Source: a virus (taxonomy: Duplodnaviria > Caudoviricetes). From it: 58,530 bases of DNA. Each line of letters begins with the position of its first letter. Position 1 is the stretch's first letter. The notes beneath the pieces are model-generated. The model did no database searches, had not been told where the DNA came from, and worked only from the letters and a program-made list of their open reading frames with translations. The DNA lies in the IMG/VR virus record IMGVR_UViG_3300043410_000871, positions 1 through 58,530 of that record, one strand, 5' to 3'. The position numbers were made by a program, and so were the translations under genes. Positions 26,956 through 38,000 of this stretch are shown piece by piece.

Positions 26956-27615
26956 TTACGTAAAATTCCATACCATTACTGCGCCGTCTTTACCATGTTC
27001 ACCACGTCCATGTGATGTCCATGTTCCAACGCCGCCCGCGCCTGGAGCGCAATGGTTTTCTGTGTTGTTACCGTGTGCATGATGGTGAGCACCAATTGAC
27101 CCACCGCCCCAATATGAACCTGCGCCGTTGTGTCCGGCTTCATTTTCATGTCCAGAACCACCGCCACCACGTAAGTTCACGTTACCACCGTGTCCAATAC
27201 CACCGTGGCCACCTGTATGGCCCCAGTTACGATTTGCACCATATCCGCCAGAAGCAGCTACATATGGACCAAAACTAGATGTGTATCCATCTTCACGGTT
27301 TGAGTAATACCCCGCACCGTAGCCACCGCGACCAACAGTAACAGTTGTAGAACTAATACCTGTAACATCAAGCCAAAGTTCTGAATAACCACCAGACCCG
27401 CCGCCCTCACAGTGTCCACTAGCACCGCCACCACCACCAACACAAATAATACGTACCATACGGCCACCTGAAGGTCTACTCCAAGTATATGAACCGTTGG
27501 TAGTCCAAGAGTCAACTCTTAGTAACTTACCGCGGTCATCGTTGGCGTCATACCTAGCAGTTTGTGAAGTGCTATCTGGGTATACAATACCCGTTGACGT
27601 TAGCTTTACTGACAT
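26956..27615 (-). CDS. Glycine-rich fibre/adhesin-like protein D
   Basis: YTWSRPSG..CVGGGGG, GANRNWGHTGG, GKDGAVMVW. Confidence 0.75.
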   Translation of the reverse strand: MSVKLTSTGIVYPDSTSQTARYDANDDRGKLLRVDSWTTNGSYTWSRPSGGRMVRIICVGGGGGASGHCEGGGSGGYSELWLDVTGISSTTVTVGRGGYGAGYYSNREDGYTSSFGPYVAASGGYGANRNWGHTGGHGGIGHGGNVNLRGGGGSGHENEAGHNGAGSYWGGGSIGAHHHAHGNNTENHCAPGAGGVGTWTSHGRGEHGKDGAVMVWNFT

Positions 27616-27618
27616 GTA

Positions 27619-28740
27619 TTACTCTCCAATTCTTGCTTTAAGGCTGGCAACTTCTGCACTAAGTTCTTTAATGCCTTGAATCAATAATGGAACAATTTTT
27701 TCATAGTTTACAGCCAGATAACCATTATCACGTTTGATAACAGCTTCTGGAAGTACTTCTTCGATCTCTTGAGCAATAACACCAATATCGTTTACTTTAC
27801 GATCTGGATATAGATCAAGAGCTAATTGATTCCAATCGAAATTATAGCCGCCAATTTTATCGATCTTATTTAGTGCATTGCCAATTGGGGTAATCTTAGT
27901 TTTGAGGTTTCTATCTGATGAATACCAAGCAGTAATATCGTTACCGCAGTTAATAACGCTAGAAACGTATAACGCACCACCAATACCAACACCTCCACCA
28001 ACAACTAACGCACCGCTAGAATAGCTTGATGAACCAGTCGTACTCTGTACAGCCATTGTGCCAGAAAACTGACCATAACCACCAGAAACAACGTTACCAC
28101 CAGCATACACGTTACCAGCAATACCAGCACCGCCTGAAACTCTTAGCGCACCAGTTGATGTGCTTGAAGAACCAGTACTTGATGTTGTAACTAAGTCACC
28201 GTTTGCGTTCACTGATGTGAAGTTTGCAGAACCACGTGTAGTACCACCAATATTAATGTTATCCATTGTACCAGTAGTACCAGAAGTCAATGTAATTGTA
28301 CCAGAACCAGTTGGTGTAATACTAACGTTGGCGTTACTTGGGTTAACTGTTAATGCACCAGTGTTAGTGATACCAACAACACTTAATGAACTAGATAATG
28401 TTAATGTTGATCCAATCTGTGGACCACCTTCGTTGTTTGTTACAACGAAGTCAGTACCATCAGAAGTTAATGTATACGCTGCTTGGTTAGGAATAACTTG
28501 TGATGCTGCCGCAGTAAAACCAGGACCCTTAATGTTACCACTAGGGGTTGTTAAAGTTACTGCTGCACCAGTGTTATTCCAGTAAGTTTGTGACTGACCT
28601 GAATATAATACAGGACTAGCCAGTGTAACAGTATATGGGCCAGAACCAGTAAAGGTTGTCAACTGACCTTGTGTCAATGACGACAAGGTTGTAGTAGTCG
28701 TGGTAGTACCAACTGGCGCTACTGTATTATATCGTGCCAT
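27619..28740 (-). CDS. Tail fibre protein with C-terminal intramolecular chaperone (peptidase S74)
   Basis: GALxVxGGxGI repeats, then SDRNLK (Ser-Lys autocleavage dyad), GVIAQEIEEVLPEAV, VNYEKIVPLLIQGIKEL and a coiled coil. Confidence 0.9.
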   Translation of the reverse strand: MARYNTVAPVGTTTTTTTLSSLTQGQLTTFTGSGPYTVTLASPVLYSGQSQTYWNNTGAAVTLTTPSGNIKGPGFTAAASQVIPNQAAYTLTSDGTDFVVTNNEGGPQIGSTLTLSSSLSVVGITNTGALTVNPSNANVSITPTGSGTITLTSGTTGTMDNINIGGTTRGSANFTSVNANGDLVTTSSTGSSSTSTGALRVSGGAGIAGNVYAGGNVVSGGYGQFSGTMAVQSTTGSSSYSSGALVVGGGVGIGGALYVSSVINCGNDITAWYSSDRNLKTKITPIGNALNKIDKIGGYNFDWNQLALDLYPDRKVNDIGVIAQEIEEVLPEAVIKRDNGYLAVNYEKIVPLLIQGIKELSAEVASLKARIGE

Positions 28741-28755
28741 GTTCCAAATCCCCTA

Positions 28756-29082
28756 TTATGATGTTGATGTTTCGATTCCGTAAACTGTTACGTTTACTGC
28801 TGAACCAGCACTTGCGTATGCTACAACCAACTTGCCTGCGTCAAGAACCAAACCAGTTCTTTCAAATACACCCTTACCCAAAATAACAGTGTCGTACTCA
28901 ATCCACTCGGCTGTGCCTGGTGATGACGTTGCTGCCATTGCTAGTCTAATAGTCACTGACGACGCACTCGTGTTAGTGAATGATACGTTAAAAACTGAGT
29001 AGTACCCAGTTGGAATCGTATATACAGTAGTATTGGTAGCTGCCGCTAACTGCTGTGGAACCGCTAATCTTCCTGTTGCCAT
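28756..29082 (-). CDS. Small virion structural protein (~110-aa paralog family)
   Basis: TTVYTIP..N..VTIRL..IEYD..LVL pattern shared with 49457..49789 and 53062..53394. Confidence 0.7.
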   Translation of the reverse strand: MATGRLAVPQQLAAATNTTVYTIPTGYYSVFNVSFTNTSASSVTIRLAMAATSSPGTAEWIEYDTVILGKGVFERTGLVLDAGKLVVAYASAGSAVNVTVYGIETSTS

Positions 29083-29096
29083 TTAATTTTCTCCAA

Positions 29097-32000
29097 TTAT
29101 CTTTGCATAAAGAACCCAAGGGCAACGGGCGCACCGTCAATACCACCTGTAAAGTTCATTTTACTTGTTACGTTTAGTCCTACACCTGTTGTAGTACTGA
29201 TGCTGTTACCAGCTACATACACAACGCCCGAGGTCAATGTATTTACGTTCAAACTACTTTGACCGCCACCGATCTGTGATGTAATGTATGCTCTAATTGC
29301 TCTTTGTGTAGGAACAATACTATCGCTGTTAGCTGTGAAGTATGGATCTGTACTGAATTGCGTAATAATCGCGCTTCCGATACCCAATTCCACGCTACCC
29401 AATTGCAAGCTATTTAAACCAGCCAAGTTAAACGCTGAAGCGTTCAATGTAGCTGTACCAGTTGCCTGTTGTACCCCGAACAAGTTACCAACGTTGAAGT
29501 TACCGTCTTGGTCAGTACTTGTAAAGAACACACGACCACCTGCTGAATACAACTCTTGGTGAGCTTGGTTCGCTGCTTGTAGCGGTGTTCCTGGGAAGTT
29601 AGTTGTGGTATAACCACCTGTACCAATGTACAAGAAGTCATGTCCAGTTAAACGAACTTGTGAATATTTAATACGTGTTGTAATCAAATCACCATGTTTT
29701 GGTGCTTGTAATACAGTTAAACCTGGGTTGATTTGGAAAGTAGCTGTGTACTTGCCATAACCATCTGGAAGAACTGCCGTTACAGTAACTAACTTGAAGT
29801 ACAATCCTGGTAAGCTAGCAAATTCAACGTTTGCACCAGCTTGAGGTGCTTGGAATAGTCCAGACACGTTAATGAATGTGCTTGCTTGGTATAGATCGCT
29901 ATAACCGTCACCAGCTGTATCAGAAGTTGCAGTAGTATTATTTGCACCGCGGTTACTGAAGCTTGGGTTACCCAAAGCACCATCACCTAAACGCATTCTT
30001 AAAGCAACTGCCTTAACGTGGTTAGTATCTGTTACAGTCCAAATTGGACCTGCACGATATGTCATACCACTTGGTGAAGTTGTAGACAATGTAACTGCTG
30101 TTGAGCTTCCTGCTGTTGCAGATACTTTGAACTGTGTAGAAGTAATAGTAGAACCAATTACGTAGTAAGTTGTTCCAGCTGTTAAACCGCCTGAATCAGT
30201 ACCAAAGAACTCAATTGGTTGACTATCAACTAAGTTAATAGTGTTATCAACAGTAATCAAGTTTGTTGAAGTTGTTGTTGCAGATACTGCACCCTTTGGA
30301 TATCCAGATCCTGGATCAACCATACGAACTTCTGTTACAACACCACCAGCTACTTTTACACGACCCAATGCTGTTGCACCAGTTCTTAATGTTGCTGCTG
30401 TTGTACCACTTGTGCTAGAAATAGCAACCCAAGTTGGGTTATTCGATGGATTACCGAAGTGTACATCGTTCCAGTTACTGCTACTTGGCAATGCTTGTAG
30501 AGTCCAGTTGATACCAAATGGGCTTGTTGCTACTACAGTACCACCACTTGCTACTGCAACGAATAAACCTTCACCGTAGCGTACACGAGTCCATGTAGTA
30601 CTTGTTGGTAATCCAATTGGTGCTGCTGTCCAAGTTACACCCTTGTCTAAGCTGTATGCTACTGAACGACCACCACTTGCAATTGCTACAAAACGACCGT
30701 TACCATATGCAACGTTTGTCCATGTTGTTGAGCTTGGTAAGTTACCACCCTGTGTCCATGAAGTACCGTTTGTTGAATATGCAGTTGACAAGTCGTTTGT
30801 ACTAATTGCGACAAATGTACCGTTACCGTATGTTACAGAGTTCCATGTGCCAGTAGTTGTTGGAATAGTTCTGCTAATCCATGTTGTACCAGTTGTGCTT
30901 GAAACTGCACTTGCTGTACCACCAACTGCCACGAACATACCACCACCATAAACAATCGATGTCAAATCTGTCTTGCCAGTTGACCCACCAGCTGTCCATG
31001 TTGTACCAGCAGCAATTGCTGTTGATGTTGTGTATGCACTTGTTGTTGAACCGTTTGCAATTGCAACAACCTTGGCAACGCTATCACTAATAACAACGGT
31101 TGGTGTCGATGTATAACCAGCACCTGAGTATCCTAGGTAGTTAGTGTTATCTTCTCTAATTGTGTTTGAGTCAACTAGTAAGATTTGTGAAACGCCACTA
31201 TTTGTTAGAATAGCCTGTGCAGTTGCAGTTACGCTTGGTGAGCCACCGCCTGTAATTGTAATTGTTGGGGCACTTGTGAAGTTCTTACCCCATGTATTAA
31301 CAACAATCTTAGTTACACGGTCAGTAGCTGCTGCAACTGTTGGCGCAGTAGTGTACCCAGAACCTGGAATTGTCACTGTTACAGAAACAATCTTACCGTT
31401 CAATACTACCGCAGTAGCTTTAGCACCACTACCACCATTTGTTGGAGTAAACAAGATTGTTGGAGGTGTTGTATAACCTTGACCACCGTCAACAATTGTC
31501 ACACTAGCAACTTGGTCAGCTGTTGCTGCACCAGTTGTATTTGGTACACCCAATACTGCTGTTAGGATAGCACCACGGCCACCTAGACCACCAACAATAG
31601 CTGTAGCAGTTGCTTGTTCGCCACCACCGTATGTTAAGCCAGTCCATGATGCACTGCTTGGTAATGCACCAGCTGTTGCCCATGTTGCACCGTCTCTTGA
31701 ATAACCAGTTGTTGTACCAGTTGTTGGGATAGCAACGAACATTCCGTCACCATACTCAACCTTGTTCCAAGTTGTTGATGCGTTTAATGTACGTGCAGTA
31801 GCAGTAAAGCCAGGTGCAGTATAACTTACTCTTGGTTCAATTGTGTAACCAGTAGTTAAGTCAAGTGCATTCTTGATAGTAGTTCCTGGGATAATATGAT
31901 CCCAACCTGCTGCTAATAATGTAATTGATACTGAGCCAGTTGTTGTAATTGTTACTGCTGTACCAGCTGCACCAGTTGTACTTACTGAGAACTGTGTGCT

Positions 32001-35000
32001 AGTAAAGCCAGTTGTTCTTACATAGTACAATGTGTTAGCTGTTAAACCGTTTGCTGTACTTGTTAACCAAATAGGCATACCTGGTGTTAATGTAGCAGTA
32101 CTTGCAACTGTTAATAAGTTGTTTGTAACTGCTGTTGCAGTAACAGTTAATGGAGTGAACATATCTCTGTAAACTGTAGCAATCTTAGAACCGTTACCGT
32201 ATGTTAAGATGTTTGCAAATTGTCCAACACCTGTACCAGCAGTAATTTGAATACGCATACCATTGTATGTGTTGCTTAATGCTGTATCAGTAGCAGCAAT
32301 TGTGATGCTTGTTGTATCACCAGTCTGTGCTGCGTTTGTTTGTGTTACATAACTTGTACCACCGTAACCATTGCTATCATTCAAGTCAATAATTCTTGAC
32401 TCAAATACTGCGCCATCACGGAATTCATCAGCTGTTGCTGCTGCGTTGTAACCAGTACCACTAATGTTGTGAACTGTATTAGTATAGCCTTGACCAGCAT
32501 TACCGTATTCAAAACGCAATATCTGGTTAGTACCATCAGTAACAGTAGTTGTAATTTGTGCTTCGTATGCTTGGTTGTTCACTGTACCATACAATGGTGT
32601 TTCTTTAGTGTCAACACCTTCAGCAACAACACCATATGTACCATATGAGCTGTTACCGTTAGTAGCACGGATCTTACCACCCAACTCAGCCAAGTAACCT
32701 GCATAACCATAGTAGTTAAACACTGAAACAAGTTCGGTTAGGGAGTTAGAACCAGTACACCAAATACCAATACCATCACTGATAATTGTTGTAAAGTCGT
32801 TAGCAACAGTTGAACGGTTACCACCAGCGTGTAACGCACCATCAATCTTACCACCAACGCAACCTGTACCAAACATAGTAACGTTTTGTGAGTAGCATGA
32901 ACGTGTTGTGATCCATACACGAGTGTCCCACTGACCAAAACCTGGGTCTAGGGAAACATACGCACCAGCTGTTGGGCGTTTTGTGCCGTAATCATTTACG
33001 TCAGTTAACTGACCATTCAATCCACTTAATGTCATGTTACGTACGCCAGTACTGTTACGTACCCAGTACATGTCTGACATTTCACTACCACCAACTGCGT
33101 TGTTGTATAGTCTTGCAGCGTATGTAGAAGCGTAGTTACCTGTATATTGTAAATCATCAATCAATGCACTTACGTATGCGCCCATATCGCGGCGGCATGA
33201 AACTGCATCAAATGCATAAGTTACTGTAATTGCACCAGTGTCAGTTGTTACTGAAACTGGGCTTGAAGCTGTTGAAGTAGTACCAAATGTGAACGATGTC
33301 AATGTTGGAACACTTAGGATGTAGTATTGTGTACCACTTGTAATTGTACCAACTGTTGTACCAACGTTGACTGATAAAATACCAGTGCCAGTACCTGGAT
33401 CCATTGTAGCACCATCAAATGTTGCGCTCAATGTAACTTGTGTACTGTTAACAACTGATTTAATGTAATAAACAGTTCCAGATACTAGGTTACCAATGGT
33501 ATCACCAGTCACAGTTGAGAATTTCTGACCAGCAAACATGCCAGTAGTTGATTCCAATGTTACTAGGTTACCAGTAGAGTTTGTTGCAATAATAGTACCA
33601 GCGATTGATGGGATTGTAAATGTAATTGGGTCACCAACTGATAAGTGGTGTGCCAACTTAGTAGATACAGTGTTTGTGCTGCTATCTGTACCAATTGTAG
33701 TACCACCGTAGTTTGAACTAATCCATGCAGTAGCTTCACTCTCTAGGAATGACTTATTAACTCTTAGGATCTCAGCTGCTGTTGCAATACCTTGATTATT
33801 GTTGTATGTAACTGTACCAGTAACTTCTGGAGTCTTACCAATTCCCTTGTCTGCAATATCGATAACAATAGTCATCGCAGCTTTAACTCTAGCTAATGCT
33901 GTTGCGTTAACTGTAACAACGTTTGCAACCAATCCCTTCATGTAACGGAATGCATCAAGTGTTGCTTTCTTCTGACCAGCAACAACCTTAGCAGCAGTAG
34001 CTCTGTAATAGCTCATACCTGCTTTGACTGACATAAAGTTTGTATTTAAAACCATATCCCAACCAATTGCATCGATAATTAAACCAACGTCACGTGAACA
34101 TGTTGCTGAATCATATACCAAGTTTGGATAGTTTGTACCAATGTACGAAATAACACTTGCTTGGATAGATGCTTTTGCACTTGACAATGCTGTTTGTTGT
34201 GCTGTTAAACCACTGTCAACCCATGCTGTACTTGGGTTCACTGCTGCTGGCAAGTTAGCCAATGCAGTAACAGTATTAATAATACCGTCCATTAATGTAC
34301 CAGCTGCTGTTGCGGCACCTGCTGATCCAGCTGTACCAGAAACTTGAGTTACTGATGTCTGTAATGGGCTTGCAACTGTAGAGTTAACTGCAATTGACTG
34401 TACCAATGACTTCAAGTATGTGTAAGCTGCTACTGAAGCAGTTCTATCTGCACTATCAATTTGTAATGCATTTGTTAGACCTGAGTAGTATGCTTGTGCA
34501 GATTGGCGTGATGCCAAGTTGCCACCATATGTTAAGTCGAAACGTAGAGAGTCAACAATGTAGCCAACGTCACGAGCACAAATTGTTTGGTTAAAGTCAT
34601 AACCAGAATATGTTTCGTTTACAAAGTTAATTACGTAACCTTGTAATGTTGCCTTATCAGCTTGCAATGTTGCAAATGCTGTTTGTAAATCTGATGCAGT
34701 CCATGTAATTACTGGAGTAATTGTTGCTGGTGCTGTAGCAGCGTTGATAATGTCGTAAATGTTTTGTACACGATCTTGTGCAAATGTAGCTGCTGCGCTT
34801 GAACCAGCAGTACCAGACACATCTTGTGTCATCACGTTACCAGTTGAGCGTGTGATTAGTGTTGCTTGTGCAATGCTACCAACAATTGCCTTCAATCTTG
34901 CGTATGCTGCCAATGTTGCAGTTACTTCACCAGAAGCAATTTCAAGTGTGCTGAATGAGTAGTATGCATTACCAACAATTAATGATAACAAGTTACCACC

Positions 35001-38000
35001 GTATGTTAGGTCATAAATTAATGCATCAACCAAGTATCCAGTATCACGTGAGCAAGTTGCTTGTGTGATTGATGTCCAAACGCTGTTATAGTTTACGTTC
35101 AAGTAGTAGTTAATTTCGTTAACAATGAACGCCTTGTTAGCAAGGATTAAACGACGAGCGTTAGAGTAACCAGTATCGTAACCAGTTGGATCTGGGTAAA
35201 CATAACTTGGAACACTTCCTAAACCATTCGTTAGAATAGCTAAGATTGTTGTCATATTGTTGTTTACACTTGTAACTGCGGTGCTGCTTGCTGCAACAAC
35301 TGCTGCAACTTGACCCTTCAAGTAAGTCATAGCTGCAATTGTAGCTTCTTTTTCACGGCCACGTACAACATAAGACTGTGTTCTTAAGTATGCTAGACCA
35401 ACTTGTACTGACTGGTAGTTAGAACCAAATGCTAAGTCATAGCTCAATGCATCGATTACATAACCGACGTCACGTGAGCAAGTTGTTCTGTTATATGATG
35501 TATCGCTGTAATTTGCAGCCATATAAGCAATAACTTCAGCTTGTAAGAATGACTTGTTATCCTGAATCAATGTTCGTGCTGCTTGATAACCACTGTCAAT
35601 ACCTGTATAATCAGGCATTGCAAAGCGTGGAACTGCACCACCGTTGATGGTGTTAATAACGTCATCAATAGCTGTTGTAATTTGTGCAACGCCACCATTA
35701 ACTGCGATGTTCTTTAACTTATATTTTAGGAAGTTAACCATTCCTAAACTTGCAGTCTTTTGTGAAGCTAACACAGTTTGTGCTGAACTAATTGCACGGT
35801 AGTAGCTCTTACCAACAATAGTTGATGCAAAATTGCTACCGAACATCATGTCGTAACCAATTGCGTCGATAATGTAACCGACGTCACGTGAACATGTTGC
35901 TTCTGTGAATGTCAATTCTTGGTGATACTTGTTAACCCAACCCAACGCATCTTTCTGAATTTCAGACTTCTTAGCTTGTAACGCTGCAACACCTGCAACT
36001 AATACTGGGTCAACCCATGTAGTTGTTGGTGTAATGGTTGCTGGGGCTGTACCATTATTGATCCAGTCGTAAATGTTTTGTACACGAGCTTGTGCAAATG
36101 TTGATGCTGTACCAACTGTGTCTTTTGCACCACTTGTTGATTGTACTTGTGTATTACCAGCAGTTCTAGTAATAGCATTACCACTAGCAATGTCATCAAT
36201 AATTGACTTCAAGTAGTTGTATGAAGCAAGAATTGCTGTTGTTTCGCTGCTTGCGATAACCAAGTTAATGTATGAGTAGTATGAGCTACCAACAATTAAT
36301 GATTGTGTATTTCCGCCATATGTTAGGTCATAACGTAATGCGTCAAGGATGTAACCAACGTCACGTTGGCAACTTGCTTGACCAGAAACACCAAGTGCTG
36401 TCCAAACGCTGTTGTAGTTTACGTTCAAGTAAGCAGAAATCTCAGCCTTCAAGAATGTGTAGTTATTTGCAATTTGGTTTTTAGCGCCAGCGAAGTTAGC
36501 ATCCAATGATGCTGGGTTTGGCATAACTTCGTTTGGTGCTGTTGAAATACCGTTGTTGATGATATCATACATCAAGTTACAGTTTTTCTCAATGCTTGTA
36601 ACTGCTACTGTTCTACCAACTGTGCTACCAACACCTGTCTTAATTTCCTTAACTGCCGCACCAACAAAACCTAGAACACCTAGTGTTGGTTGCAATTGTT
36701 GTGTTAAAACAACGTTTGTAGAAGTCAATGATCTGTAATAGCTCATTGCATTTTGGATTGACAAGAAGTTGCTACCAAACATCATGTCGTAGCATAATGC
36801 ATCAATAATGTAACCTACGTCACGTTGGCATGTTGCCACTGTGTAGTACAATGATGGATATGTTTTGTTAATCCAATCAGTTGCAGCAACTTGAATATTA
36901 GCTTTCTGAGCTTGGATATTTGTATTTGCTGTAGTTAATGCTGAAGCAACCCAAGTTAAACTTGGTGCAACTGTAGTTGGTGTTGTACCAGAATTGATAC
37001 AATCATAAACTTCTTGAATACGTGCTTGTGCAAATGTTGCTGCGCCTGCAGATCCAACGATACCACTTGTTACTTGTGTACCTGAGTTACCGACAGACTT
37101 TGTCCAACCTGCTGTGTTACCAATAACAATGTTGTCAATGATATCTTTAATACGTGCTTGAACTGCAAGAGCTGCTGTCTTTTCTGTACTTGCCTCAACA
37201 AAAGAGTTGTTGCTATAGTATGCACGTGAAGCAATAACTGTTGCCAAGTTACCTTGATAAGTCAAGTCATAAGCCAATGCATCAATAATATAACCAATGT
37301 CACGTGTACATGCTGCTTGACCACTTGTACCAAGTGCGGTCCATACTGAGCTATAGTTAACAACCATATATGCTGCAACTTCACTCTGTAGGAATGTCTT
37401 GTTAGCAAGAACTAATCTACGTGCGTTGTAGTAACCATTGTCGTAACCAACTGGATCTGGGTAAACATAACTTGGAACAACTGCTGTACCATTTGCAATG
37501 ATGTTAGTCATTGTGTTGATATTTGATGTAAGAACATCAGTACCTTGAGTTGCTTGTTCTGCTAGTAAACCAACGTATGAAACTACGCCAGTTGTTGGGG
37601 CCAATTGTGATGTTGTAACAACACTTGTTGAAGTCAACGCTCTTAAGTAGCTTGCACCAGCCTTAATGCTGCGGAAGTTACCAGCAAACATTAAATCGTA
37701 ACATAATGCATCAATAATGTAACCTACGTCACGTGAGCATAGTGCTTGATCAAATGTCAAACTTGGGTAATTAGATGTAATCCAAGTAATTGCCTGTGCT
37801 TGCATCAAAGTCTTCTGTGCTTGGATGCTTGTACGAGCTGCAACAAGGCTTGGGCTTACCCATGATGTACTTGGTTCAATAATTACTGGAGTAATACCAG
37901 TATTAATGCAATTATACATTTCTGTAATGCGAGCTTGTGCAAAAATACCTGCTGCACTAGAACCTGCTGTACCACTTGTAACTTGTGAACTTGAGTTACC

